Shown: piece after piece, positions 19,294-29,872 of the stretch
Layout of the letters: each line of letters opens with the position of its first letter
Numbering within the stretch: the first letter of the stretch is position 1
Assembly (NCBI RefSeq): GCF_000014785.1
Contig: NC_008340.1
Span: 600,001-632,000 of the forward strand
From: Alkalilimnicola ehrlichii MLHE-1
GTDB lineage: Bacteria; Pseudomonadota; Gammaproteobacteria; Nitrococcales; Halorhodospiraceae
DNA length: 32,000 bases
Direction: 5' to 3'
Position numbers and translations under genes: made by a program
The notes under the pieces: generated by a model
The model's input: only the letters and a program-made list of their open reading frames with translations
What the model was told of the DNA's origin: nothing
Databases searched by the model: none

Positions 19294-21204
19294 ATGGTCA
19301 GGCCCATACAGCAACTGCCCCTGCAGCTCGTCAACCAGATCGCCGCCGGCGAGGTGGTGGAGCGCCCGGCGTCCGTGCTCAAGGAGCTGGTGGAGAACAG
19401 CCTGGATGCCGGTGCCCGGAGCCTTGCGGTGGAGTTGGAGCAGGGCGGCAAGCGCCTGATACGGGTGCGCGATGATGGCAACGGCATCCCCCGCGAGCAG
19501 CTCGGCCTGGCGCTGCGGCGCCACGCCACCAGTAAGATCACGTCGCTGAGTGAGCTGGAGCAGGTGGTCAGTCTGGGGTTTCGCGGTGAGGCGCTGCCGA
19601 GCATCGGTGCGGTCTCCCGGCTCCGGCTGATCTCCCGGCCGCCCGGGGCTGAGCACGCCTGGGCGGTGCGCACCGATGGCGACAGCGAGCCCGCCGGGCC
19701 CGAGCCGGCGGCGCATCCGCCGGGGACCACCGTCGAGGTGCGTGACCTTTTCTTCAACACCCCCGGTCGACGCAAATTCCTGCGCACCGACCGCACCGAG
19801 TTCAGCCATGCCCAGGAGGCCCTGCGGCGCCTGGCGCTGGGGCGCTTCGACGTGGCCTTCCGGCTGCAGCACAACGGGCGCACCGTGCTCGACCTGCCGC
19901 CGGCCGGTGACCGGGCCGGCGCCGAGCGGCGGCTGGGTGAGCTCCTCGGTGAGGGCTTCCTGGGTGAGTGTATCCACCTGGAGTGTGCCGCCGCCGGCCT
20001 GAAGCTGAGCGGCTGGCTGGCGCTGCCCACCTTTTCCCGCAGCCAGGGGGATCTGCAGTATTTCTATGTCAACGGCCGCATGATCCGCGATCGCATGGCC
20101 GGCCACGCCCTGCGTCGGGCCTACGCCGACGTGCTCTACCGCGACCGCTTCCCCGCCTACCTGCTCTACCTGGACCTGGACCCCGACCGGGTGGACGTGA
20201 ACGTGCACCCCACCAAGCACGAGGTGCGCTTCCGCGACAGTCGGTTGGTCTATGATTTTCTGTTCCGACAGGTGCGGGAGGCGCTGGCTCGCGTCAGCCC
20301 TGCTACGGCGTCCGGGGTGCAGCCACCGCAGGGGTCGGTGGCGTCGGCCGAGGGGCCGCGCAGCTTGGCCGCTGCCGCGGGGGAACGGTGGGGTGGGGCC
20401 GCACCAGCCGCTGGCGCCGCGCCAACGGCCCGGCGATCGCCACACCAGCACGGCCTGGGGTTGCCGCTGGAGGAGGCCCGGTTGCTCTATGGCGAGCGCA
20501 GCAAGGCGCACGCGGCCGGCCCGGCCGTCGCGTCTCCCTCCGGCGTCGTCCGGGACGCACCTGCCGGGGAGGCCGTCGCGTGTGAGACCGGAGGTGCGGG
20601 CGATCCGACGGAACGGGGTGGCCCGCCGCTGGGCCACGCCCTGGCCCAGGTCCATGGGGTCTACATCCTGGCCCAGAACGACCAGGGCCTGGTCTTGGTG
20701 GACATGCATGCCGCCCATGAGCGGGTGGTCTACGAACGCATGAAGGCGCAACTCTCGGGCAGTGGCATCGCCAGCCAGGCCCTGCTGATGCCGGAGGGGC
20801 TGAGCGTGACGCCGGCGGAGGGCGAAGAGGTGGAGCGCGCCGGCGAGCGTTTCCGGCAACTGGGTTTTCAGGTGGACCGGGTGGCCCCGGACCGGGTGCT
20901 GGTCCGTGCGGTGCCGGCCCTGCTGGCCAATGCCGAGCCGGTCGCGCTGGTGCGTGACGTGCTGGCCGACCTCCGGACCCAGTCGCGTAGCCGCCAGGTG
21001 GAGGAGGCGCTGAACCACGTCCTGGCCACCATGGCCTGCCACGGTTCCGTGCGCGCCAACCGGCGGCTGACCCTGCCGGAGATGGACGCGCTGCTGCGCG
21101 AGATGGAGGCCACCCCGAACAGCGGCCAGTGCAACCACGGCCGGCCGACGTGGACCGTGCTGGATATGGACGCCCTGGACCGGCTGTTCATGCGGGGGCA
21201 GTGA
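19294..21204 (+). CDS. mutL: DNA mismatch repair protein MutL
   Basis: 636 aa; IRQ-type start MVRPIQQLPLQLVNQIAAGEVVERPASVLKELVENSLDAGARSL, GFRGEALPSIGAVSRL; C-terminal dimerization domain with VHGVYILAQNDQGLVLVDMHAAHERVVYE. Confidence 0.97.
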   Translation: MVRPIQQLPLQLVNQIAAGEVVERPASVLKELVENSLDAGARSLAVELEQGGKRLIRVRDDGNGIPREQLGLALRRHATSKITSLSELEQVVSLGFRGEALPSIGAVSRLRLISRPPGAEHAWAVRTDGDSEPAGPEPAAHPPGTTVEVRDLFFNTPGRRKFLRTDRTEFSHAQEALRRLALGRFDVAFRLQHNGRTVLDLPPAGDRAGAERRLGELLGEGFLGECIHLECAAAGLKLSGWLALPTFSRSQGDLQYFYVNGRMIRDRMAGHALRRAYADVLYRDRFPAYLLYLDLDPDRVDVNVHPTKHEVRFRDSRLVYDFLFRQVREALARVSPATASGVQPPQGSVASAEGPRSLAAAAGERWGGAAPAAGAAPTARRSPHQHGLGLPLEEARLLYGERSKAHAAGPAVASPSGVVRDAPAGEAVACETGGAGDPTERGGPPLGHALAQVHGVYILAQNDQGLVLVDMHAAHERVVYERMKAQLSGSGIASQALLMPEGLSVTPAEGEEVERAGERFRQLGFQVDRVAPDRVLVRAVPALLANAEPVALVRDVLADLRTQSRSRQVEEALNHVLATMACHGSVRANRRLTLPEMDALLREMEATPNSGQCNHGRPTWTVLDMDALDRLFMRGQ

Positions 21205-21207
21205 CCG

Positions 21208-22161
21208 GTGAGCCACGCCGTCCGTCAGCCGGGCACGCCCCCGGTGCTCTTCCTGATGGGGCCGACCGCCACCGGCAAGACCGATTGTGCCGTGGCCCTG
21301 GCCCGGCGGCTGCCGGTGGAGATTATCAGCGTGGACTCGGCGCTGGTCTACCGGGGTATGGATATCGGCACCGCCAAGCCCTCCGCGGCCCTGCTGGCGG
21401 AGGTCCCTCACCGGCTGATCGATATCCTCGATCCCAGCGAGGCCTACTCCGCGGCCCGCTTCCGTGCCGATGCGTTGGCGGCCATCCATGAGATCCACGC
21501 TGCGGGCCGAGTGCCGCTGCTGGCCGGTGGCACCATGCTTTACTTCCGTGCCCTGGAGCACGGTCTGTCAGAGCTGCCGGAGGCCGACCCGGCCCTGCGC
21601 CGGCGGCTGGAGGGCGAGGCGGCCGCCCACGGCTGGGGTGCGCTGCACGACCGCCTGGCGGCTGTGGACCCGGAGGCGGCGGCCCGCATCCACCCCCACG
21701 ACGCCCAGCGCATCCAGCGGGCGCTGGAGGTTTGGGAACTTACCGGCCAATCCCTGTCAGAACTACAGAGGGCCGGGCGGCAGCGGCTGCCCTGGCCCAT
21801 CGGCAAGTGGGTGCTGATGCCGGAGTCACGGGGCGAACTGCACCGGCGTATCGCCCGGCGCTTCGACCAGATGCTGGCGCAAGGCTTCATCGACGAGGTG
21901 GCGGCCCTGCGCCAGCGGCCGGACCTGCATCGGGCGCTGCCGGCGATGCGCTCGGTCGGCTATCGCCAGGTCTGGGATTACCTGGACGGGTGCTATGACC
22001 GGGAAACGCTGCGCGAGCGCGGCATCGCCGCCACCCGCCAGTTCGCCAAGCGCCAGATCACCTGGCTGCGGCGGGAGCGCGGTGTGACGGCTTGGTTGAC
22101 GCCGGAACAGGCCCGCGACGGACTGCCCGAGCGGGTCGGCCGTTTCCTGTCGGGCGGTTGA
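21208..22161 (+). CDS. miaA: tRNA dimethylallyltransferase (GTG start)
   Basis: 317 aa; [45 protein letters not shown]. Confidence 0.97.
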   Translation: MSHAVRQPGTPPVLFLMGPTATGKTDCAVALARRLPVEIISVDSALVYRGMDIGTAKPSAALLAEVPHRLIDILDPSEAYSAARFRADALAAIHEIHAAGRVPLLAGGTMLYFRALEHGLSELPEADPALRRRLEGEAAAHGWGALHDRLAAVDPEAAARIHPHDAQRIQRALEVWELTGQSLSELQRAGRQRLPWPIGKWVLMPESRGELHRRIARRFDQMLAQGFIDEVAALRQRPDLHRALPAMRSVGYRQVWDYLDGCYDRETLRERGIAATRQFAKRQITWLRRERGVTAWLTPEQARDGLPERVGRFLSGG

Positions 22162-22296
22162 TGCGGTCGCGTGATGGAAGGCCTGTGATAGACTTTGGAC
22201 AGTACTGAATTTTGGGGCATGCCCGAATTTTTTGGGCGGGTAATTTGATCGACCGGCGCAAGCCCGGACAACAAGAAAGGTTTAGGAGTCAAGCTG

Positions 22297-22566
22297 ATGG
22301 CCAAGGGGCAATCGTTACAGGAACCGTTCCTGAACGCACTGCGCAAGGAAAAGGTGCCGGTATCCATTTATCTGGTCAATGGGATTAAACTGCAGGGGCA
22401 GATTGAATCGTTCGACCAGTTCGTGATTCTGCTCCGTAACAACGTCAATCAGATGGTGTACAAGCACGCCATCTCCACCGTCGTTCCGGCTCGCAACGTG
22501 CGCACCGCGCCGCCGGTCCCGACGGAGACCCACGCACAGTCCAGCGAGGAATTCGGCAATATCTGA
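22297..22566 (+). CDS. hfq: RNA chaperone Hfq
   Basis: [68 protein letters not shown]; Shine-Dalgarno TTTAGGAG. Confidence 0.98.
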   Translation: MAKGQSLQEPFLNALRKEKVPVSIYLVNGIKLQGQIESFDQFVILLRNNVNQMVYKHAISTVVPARNVRTAPPVPTETHAQSSEEFGNI

Positions 22567-22630
22567 AGCCACCCCCACAAACACGGCCCCTGCGGCCCTG
22601 TTCGAGCGCCCCGAGGGGGGCGAGCGGGCG

Positions 22631-23896
22631 TTGCTCATCCATCTGGACCTGGACGGTGACCCGCGGGATACCCTGGATGAGTTCCAGGCACTCGCTGAGT
22701 CGGCCGGGGCCGAGGTGGTGGACGCGGTCCGCCACCGCCGGCACAGCCCGGATCCCCGTTTCTTTTTGGGGCGGGGCAAGGTCGAGGAACTCGCCGCGCG
22801 TATCCCCGCGGAAGGGATCGACCTGGTCCTGATCGACCACGCCATCAGTCCGGCGCAGGAGCGTAACTTGGAGCGGGCGTTCCGCTGCCGGGTGCTGGAC
22901 CGTACCGGCCTGATCCTCGATATCTTTGCCCAGCGGGCTCGCTCCCATGAGGGCAAGCTGCAGGTGGAGTTGGCCCAGCTGCGCCACATCGCCAGCCGAT
23001 TGGTCCGCGGCTGGTCGCACCTGGAGCGCCAGAAAGGCGGGATCGGCCTTCGCGGGCCGGGTGAGACCCAGCTCGAGATGGACCGGCGCATGCTCGGCAC
23101 GCGCATCAAGCAACTGGAGCGCAAGCTGGAGAAGGTGCGCCGCCAGCGCGCCCAGGGCCGGCAGGCGCGTCGGCGCCAGGAGTTTCCGGTGGTCTCGCTG
23201 GTCGGCTACACCAACGCCGGCAAGTCCACGCTGTTCAACGCCCTGACCGGTTCCGGCCTCTACGCCGACGACCGCCTTTTCGCTACCCTGGACACCACCC
23301 TGCGACGGCTGGAACTCCCGGACGGCCAGCCGGTCATACTGGCGGATACGGTCGGTTTTATCAGTGACCTGCCGCACGGCCTGGTGGCCGCCTTCCGCTC
23401 CACTCTGGAGGAGGTGGGTGAATCCGATCTGCTGCTGCATGTGGTGGACGCAGCCGATCCGGATCGCCGAGAGCACGCGCGCCAGGTGCAGCAGGTACTG
23501 GCCGACATAGGCGCCAGCGAGGTGCCGGTGTTGACGGTGTACAATAAGGCCGACCTCTGCCAACACCCGGTCGGTATCCTCCGCGACGACCGCGAGGCCC
23601 CCGAGGCGGTCTGGGTGTCGGCGGCCGCGGGCCGCGGGCTCGACGAGCTTGAGGAGGCCGTGGCCGAGTGCCTGGGCGGTGGCCGCGTACGGGGCCGCGT
23701 GCGGCTGCCGGCCCACCAGGGGCGGCTGCGGGCCCGGTTCTATCAGCTCGGCCAGGTCCTGGACGAGCGGGTGGAGGAGGACGGTGTGATCGACCTGCTG
23801 GTGGACCTGCCCCGGCGCGAACTGGACCGGTTGCGGAGCAACGAGGGGCTTACAGCGCCCCTGGAGACTGAGACTGCGCTACACGACCCATCCTGA
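22631..23896 (+). CDS. hflX: GTPase HflX; the TTG start at 22631 is probably too short, reading frame open upstream to at least 22559
   Basis: RNLERAFRCRVLDRTGLILDIFAQRARSHEGKLQVELAQL, SLVGYTNAGKSTLFNALTGS, LFATLDTTLRRLELPDGQPVILADTVGFISDLPH. Confidence 0.95.
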   Translation: MLIHLDLDGDPRDTLDEFQALAESAGAEVVDAVRHRRHSPDPRFFLGRGKVEELAARIPAEGIDLVLIDHAISPAQERNLERAFRCRVLDRTGLILDIFAQRARSHEGKLQVELAQLRHIASRLVRGWSHLERQKGGIGLRGPGETQLEMDRRMLGTRIKQLERKLEKVRRQRAQGRQARRRQEFPVVSLVGYTNAGKSTLFNALTGSGLYADDRLFATLDTTLRRLELPDGQPVILADTVGFISDLPHGLVAAFRSTLEEVGESDLLLHVVDAADPDRREHARQVQQVLADIGASEVPVLTVYNKADLCQHPVGILRDDREAPEAVWVSAAAGRGLDELEEAVAECLGGGRVRGRVRLPAHQGRLRARFYQLGQVLDERVEEDGVIDLLVDLPRRELDRLRSNEGLTAPLETETALHDPS

Positions 23897-23991
23897 ACCC
23901 CGCCTTGCGGGAACAGCGACGCTCTCATTACAATCATCGGTTGCGCTTTGCAGCGCAGGCGGATCCAACCTTTTAAACCACGGAGACATCC

Positions 23992-25371
23992 ATGGCGTGG
24001 AATGAGCCAGGTGGCGGTAACCGCGATCCCTGGGGTGGCGGCAACCGCGGTGGCGGGGGCGGCGACAACCAGGGGCCGCCCGACCTCGATGAGGCCATCA
24101 ACAAGGTGCGCGACAAGGTCACCCAGCTTTTCGGTGGCAAGAAGGGCGGCGGTGCCGGCAACGGCGGCGGTTCCGGTCAGGGCTTCAAAGGGCCTGGCGC
24201 CAAGGGTATTGCCCTGCTTGGCGGTCTGGTGATCGCCGGTTGGCTCGCCTCCGGTATCTATATCGTGGACGAGGGGCAGCGTGGGGTGGAGCTGACCTTT
24301 GGTGCCAACACCGGCGTCACCCAGCCCGGTCCGCACTGGCACTTCCCGCGTCCCATTGGCAGCGTCGAGCGGGTGGACGTCTCCGAGGTGCGCACCATCG
24401 AGATCGGTTACGAGTCCATGGGCGAGCGGACCCGATCGGTGCTGCGCGAGGCCCTGATGCTCACCCGGGACGAGAACATCGTGAACCTCAAGGTGGCGGT
24501 GCAATACCGGGTGAGCGACCCGGCCAACTATCTGTTCAACTTCCGCTTTCCGGATGACACCCTGAAGCAGCTCGCGGAGAGCGCGTTGCGCGAGGTGGTG
24601 GGTAAGGCCGAGGCGCCCGAGGACGTGGAGATCGGCCCGGGGGAGGACTTTGGCCAGCTCGCCGATGAACTGGCCGATCAGCTTACCGAGGAGGAGTTGC
24701 AGGCGCTGATGACGGGGGCCGACGAGACGGCCCGCGCCCACATCACACCGCTGGAATGGGTGCTCACCCAGGGCCGTGCCCAGGTGGCGGATGAGTCGGA
24801 GCGGCTCATTCAGGAGGCGCTGGACCGCTACCAGGCCGGGATCACCCTGGTCCGGGTCGCCATCCAGGACGCCCAGCCGCCGGAAGAGGTGCAGCCGGCC
24901 TTCGCCGACGCCATCCGTGCCCGCGAGGACCAGCAGCGCACCATCAGCCGCGCCCGTGCCTATGCTAATGCACTGCTCCCGCGTGCCGAGGGTCAAGCGG
25001 CCCGCCAGCGGGAGGAGGCCCAGGCCTACCGCGATCAGGTGATCGCACGGGCCCAGGGTGAATCCGAGCGCTTCACCGCCCTGCTTAACGAGTACGAGCG
25101 GGCGCCGCAGGTGACCCGCCAGCGGCTCTACCTGGAGACCATGGAGCGGGTGTTGGGCAACAGCAGCAAGATCATGATCGATGTCGAGGGTGGTCAGCCG
25201 CTGATGTACCTGCCGCTGGACCGTATGATCGACCGGCGTGGCGTCGAGCAGGACGGGGAGGACAACGACGAGGCGCGCGACCTGTCCATGGCCCCGCCGC
25301 TGGGCGGCCGGGACGCGGTCACGCCCACCGAGCGCGCGCGTGACTCGCTGCGGACCCGGGAGGTGCGCTGA
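23992..25371 (+). CDS. hflK: FtsH protease modulator HflK
   Basis: 459 aa; Gly-rich N-terminus MAWNEPGGGNRDPWGGGNRGGGGG, SGIYIVDEGQRGVELTFG, SPFH/band 7 domain. Confidence 0.96.
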   Translation: MAWNEPGGGNRDPWGGGNRGGGGGDNQGPPDLDEAINKVRDKVTQLFGGKKGGGAGNGGGSGQGFKGPGAKGIALLGGLVIAGWLASGIYIVDEGQRGVELTFGANTGVTQPGPHWHFPRPIGSVERVDVSEVRTIEIGYESMGERTRSVLREALMLTRDENIVNLKVAVQYRVSDPANYLFNFRFPDDTLKQLAESALREVVGKAEAPEDVEIGPGEDFGQLADELADQLTEEELQALMTGADETARAHITPLEWVLTQGRAQVADESERLIQEALDRYQAGITLVRVAIQDAQPPEEVQPAFADAIRAREDQQRTISRARAYANALLPRAEGQAARQREEAQAYRDQVIARAQGESERFTALLNEYERAPQVTRQRLYLETMERVLGNSSKIMIDVEGGQPLMYLPLDRMIDRRGVEQDGEDNDEARDLSMAPPLGGRDAVTPTERARDSLRTREVR

Positions 25372-26267
25372 TGAATCAGATGATTAAGTCGGTATTGATA
25401 CCGGTTGTGGTGGTGGCCGCCATCCTGGCCTATTTCTCCGTGTTTACGGTGGACGAGCGGGAGTTCGCCCTGAAGTTCCGCCTGGGTGAGGTCGTGCGCG
25501 ATGACTTCGAGCCCGGGTTGCACTTCAAGCTGCCCTTCGTCAATAACGTGCGCAAGTTCGACCGCCGGGTGCAGACCCTGGACGCCGAGCCGCAGCGCTT
25601 TCTCACCGCGGAGAACAAGAACCTGATCGTCGACTCCTTCGTGAAGTGGCGGATCAGTGATCCCACCCGGTTCTATGTCTCGTTTGCCGGTGGCGACTTC
25701 CAGCGTGCCAACTCACGGCTGCGCGAGATCGTCCAGCAGGGGCTGCGCGACGAGTTTGGTCAGCGCACGGTGGAGAACGTGATCTCCGGCGAACGCGTCG
25801 AGATCATGGAGATCCTGCGCGAGCGGTCCGCGGAATCGGTCGAGGACGTGGGGATCGCGGTGCTGGATGTGCGGCTCAAGCGCATCGACCTGCCGGAGGA
25901 CGTCAACGAGTCCATCTTCCAGCGTATGGCGGCTGAGCGTGAGCGTGTGGCCCGCGAACTGCGGGCCCTTGGTGAGGAGGCGGGCGAGCGTATCCGCGCC
26001 GATGCCGACCGCCAGCGCACGGTCATCCTGGCCGAGGCCTATCGTGATGCCGAGCGCCTGCGTGGTGATGGTGACGCCCAGTCGGCCGCCATCTACGCCG
26101 CGGCGTACAACGACAACCCGGAGTTCTACGCCTTCCACCGCAGCCTGGGGGCCTACAGTCAGACCTTCCGGAGCAAGGAGGACATGCTGGTGCTCTCACC
26201 GGACAGTGAGTTCTTCCGGTACTTCAACACCAACGGTCTGGAACTCCCCTTAGGGGCCGATGAGTGA
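25371..26267 (+). CDS. hflC: FtsH protease modulator HflC
   Basis: 298 aa; FTVDEREFALKFRLGEVVRDDFEPGLHFKLPFVNNVRKFDRRVQTLD; start overlaps the hflK stop by 1 nt. Confidence 0.96.
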   Translation: MNQMIKSVLIPVVVVAAILAYFSVFTVDEREFALKFRLGEVVRDDFEPGLHFKLPFVNNVRKFDRRVQTLDAEPQRFLTAENKNLIVDSFVKWRISDPTRFYVSFAGGDFQRANSRLREIVQQGLRDEFGQRTVENVISGERVEIMEILRERSAESVEDVGIAVLDVRLKRIDLPEDVNESIFQRMAAERERVARELRALGEEAGERIRADADRQRTVILAEAYRDAERLRGDGDAQSAAIYAAAYNDNPEFYAFHRSLGAYSQTFRSKEDMLVLSPDSEFFRYFNTNGLELPLGADE

Positions 26268-26310
26268 ACCCCGCGGCGTCTTCCTAAAGGCGAGCTTTCG
26301 ACTAAAGCCG

Positions 26311-26338
26311 GGCCGGGCCGTAAGGCCCGGCCTTTTTT
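26311..26338 (+). terminator. Rho-independent terminator after hflC
   Basis: GGCCGGGCC-GTAA-GGCCCGGCC-TTTTTT, perfect 9-bp stem. Confidence 0.9.
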
Positions 26339-26419
26339 ATGACAGGCAAACGGGTATCATGCTCAGCGAACGTGCGGACCTGTACCCTGCCGTCTTTTTC
26401 CGGAACTGAAGGACTTCCC

Positions 26420-27625
26420 ATGAGCGATTCCGCCTTCAGCAAAGACAACCGCTGGTTGCTGCCCGAGGGTGTGGACGAGCTGCTGCCCCCCAGGGCCGCC
26501 CAGATGGAGACCCTGCGCCGGCAACTGCTGGACCAGTTCGGTGCCTGGGGCTACGAGCTGGTGATGCCCCCCTTCATCGAATACCTGGACTCGCTGCTCA
26601 CCGGCACCGGGCACGACCTGGATGTGCAGACCTTCAAGCTCACTGACCAGCTCACCGGTCGGTTGATGGGCGTTCGCGCCGACATCACCCCGCAGGTGGC
26701 GCGCATCGATGCCCACCGCCTGCGCCGTGAGGCGCCCTCGCGGCTCTGCTACATCGGCAGCGTCCTGCACGCCCGGCCCGAGGGCATCTCCCGGTCGCGC
26801 AACCCGGTCCAGGTGGGCGCCGAGTTGTTCGGCCACGCGGGGGTCGAGAGCGACATCGAGATCATCAGCCTGGCGGTGGCGAGTCTGCGCACGGCCGGCG
26901 TCGCCCAACCCCACCTGGACCTGGGCCATGTGGGCATCTTCCGCGGTCTGGCCCGGGCCGCCGGCTGCACCCCCGCGCAGGAGGGGGCGCTGCTGGAGGC
27001 ATTGCAACGCAAGGCGGTGGCGGAGATCGATGAGCTTCTCGACGAGGCCGCGATCGACCCGCACTTGCGCCGGATGCTGCGGGCCCTGCCGCAGCTCAAC
27101 GGCGGCCTGGAGGCCCTCGACCATGCCGGCGAGGTATTGGCTGAGGCGCCTCAGGGGGTCCGCCAGGCGCTGCGCACCCTCTGGGGCGTGGCCGCCGGCC
27201 TGGAGCGTCGTCTGCCCGATTTGCCGTTGCACTTCGATCTCGCCGAGCTGCGCGGCTATGGCTACCACACCGGCATCGTATTCGCCGCCCTGGTGCCCGG
27301 ATATGGCTCTGAGGTGGCGCGTGGCGGCCGCTACGACGACATCGGACGGGTGTTCGGAAATCCCCGTCCGGCCACCGGCTTCAGCGCCGACCTGCGGACC
27401 CTGGTCCAGGTCGCCGACGGGCAGCCCGCGGTTCCCGCCGGTAAGGGGGTGCTGGCGCCGTGGGGTGACGAGCCGGACCTGATCAAGGTCATTGAGGCCC
27501 TGCGCGCCGAGGGCGAACGGGTGGTGCAGGAGCTGCCCGGCCAGCAGGGCGGTGCGGCCGCCCAGGGCTGCGACCGCCGGCTGCAGCAGGACGACGGCGG
27601 TGGTTGGGTCACCCGGCCGCTGTAA
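26420..27625 (+). CDS. hisZ: ATP phosphoribosyltransferase regulatory subunit HisZ
   Basis: MSDSAFSKDNRWLLPEGVDELLPPRAAQMETLRRQLLDQFGAWGYELVMPPFIEYLDSLLTG; HisRS-like domain located before purA. Confidence 0.93.
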   Translation: MSDSAFSKDNRWLLPEGVDELLPPRAAQMETLRRQLLDQFGAWGYELVMPPFIEYLDSLLTGTGHDLDVQTFKLTDQLTGRLMGVRADITPQVARIDAHRLRREAPSRLCYIGSVLHARPEGISRSRNPVQVGAELFGHAGVESDIEIISLAVASLRTAGVAQPHLDLGHVGIFRGLARAAGCTPAQEGALLEALQRKAVAEIDELLDEAAIDPHLRRMLRALPQLNGGLEALDHAGEVLAEAPQGVRQALRTLWGVAAGLERRLPDLPLHFDLAELRGYGYHTGIVFAALVPGYGSEVARGGRYDDIGRVFGNPRPATGFSADLRTLVQVADGQPAVPAGKGVLAPWGDEPDLIKVIEALRAEGERVVQELPGQQGGAAAQGCDRRLQQDDGGGWVTRPL

Positions 27626-27664
27626 GGGCCGGCGGAGTGCCCGGCAGGGCGGAGACACACTTAA

Positions 27665-28993
<1,329 letters not shown>

Positions 28994-29079
28994 GTCGGGG
29001 CACGCCCCGCAAACTGAACGGCAGCCCCCAACGCCTTGTCCAATCGATATGACCGTCAGCAAGTTGGGGGGTCTACATC

Positions 29080-29544
29080 ATGATCAAGGCAATTCGCGCA
29101 CTTGCCGTGGCGCTTGTGACCGCGCTGTTTTTGGCGGGTTGCGCCCAGCACGGTGGTCCGACGCAAGAGCAGGCTGGCGCCGTTGTGGGCGGTGCACTGG
29201 GTGGCTTGTTGGGAGCCCAGGTGGGCGGCGGTTCGGGGCGAACAGCGGCGATTATCGCCGGCACCCTGGCCGGGGCCGCCATCGGTGGCAACATTGGGCG
29301 GACCATGGACGAGGTGGATCGGCAGCGGACAGCGCAGGCACTGGAAACCCAGCCCGATCACCGGACCAGCCGCTGGCAGAACCCCAATACCGGCCATGAG
29401 TATGCCGTCACGCCCGTCTCGACCCGCGAGACCGGGGGGCGCCCCTGCCGGACGTTTGAGACCGAGGCGATCATCGACGGTCAGCGGGAGACCGTGACCG
29501 GCCAGGCCTGTCGCACGGCCGACGGCCGCTGGGAGATTCAATAA
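29080..29544 (+). CDS. Glycine-zipper outer-membrane lipoprotein (17-kDa surface-antigen-like)
   Basis: Lipobox LFLAGC; glycine-zipper AGAVVGGALGGLLGAQVGGGSGRTAAIIAGTLAGAAIGGNIG; C-terminal CRTFETEAIIDGQRETVTGQACRTADGRWEI. Confidence 0.88.
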   Translation: MIKAIRALAVALVTALFLAGCAQHGGPTQEQAGAVVGGALGGLLGAQVGGGSGRTAAIIAGTLAGAAIGGNIGRTMDEVDRQRTAQALETQPDHRTSRWQNPNTGHEYAVTPVSTRETGGRPCRTFETEAIIDGQRETVTGQACRTADGRWEIQ

Positions 29545-29548
29545 CCAC

Positions 29549-29583
29549 AAAAAAGGCCGGACCCCTTCGGGCCCGGCCTTTCG
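29549..29583 (-). terminator. Rho-independent terminator, best oriented for tRNA-Leu (possibly bidirectional with the lipoprotein gene)
   Basis: Minus strand GGCCGGGCCCGAAGGGGTCCGGCC followed by TTTTTT; the plus strand has only a TTT tail. Confidence 0.8.
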
Positions 29584-29589
29584 CGGTGT

Positions 29590-29676
29590 TGGTGCCGAGG
29601 AGAGGACTTGAACCTCCACGGGGTTACCCCCACCAGCACCTGAAGCTGGCGCGTCTACCAATTCCGCCACCTCGGC
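29590..29676 (-). tRNA. tRNA-Leu (anticodon CAG)
   Basis: Minus strand GCCGAGGTGGCGGAATTGGTAGACGCGCCAGCTTCAGGTGCTGGTGGGGGTAACCCCGTGGAGGTTCAAGTCCTCTCCTCGGCACCA; long variable arm, CCAGC/GCTGG anticodon stem with loop TTCAGGT, encoded CCA. Confidence 0.97.
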
Positions 29677-29714
29677 GTGTCGTGGCGAGCTGCGTCACCA
29701 CCGACTGGGCGCAA

Positions 29715-29743
29715 ACTATACGGATCGGGCCCGGTGTCGTCAA
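29715..29743 (-). promoter_or_regulatory. Sigma70-like promoter for tRNA-Leu with GC-rich discriminator
   Basis: Minus strand TTGACG (29743-29738), 17-nt spacer, TATAGT (29720-29715), followed by TTGCGCCC. Confidence 0.8.
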
Positions 29744-29872
29744 CACTTTTCCAGCCCTTTTCCGGGCCGCCATGTTTGCAATGCCCCCGACAGGGCGTAT
29801 CCTTCGGCCCATCGACACGGGTCCGGCTGACAAGCCGCTGACCCCACTTAAGAACAGGACAACAGAGACCGA

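Noticed and set aside
17729-19294. 521-aa minus-strand ORF
   Set aside because: Antisense to amiC, whose AMIN, amidase and LysM motifs are unambiguous.
20270-20640. Ala/Pro/Gly-rich stretch in MutL as an insertion
   Set aside because: This is the normal, poorly conserved linker between the N-terminal ATPase and C-terminal dimerization domains.
19291-21561. 756-aa minus-strand ORF
   Set aside because: Fully antisense to mutL and the miaA 5' end, with low-complexity composition (Gln/His/Gly/Arg rich). This is a typical shadow ORF in high-GC DNA.
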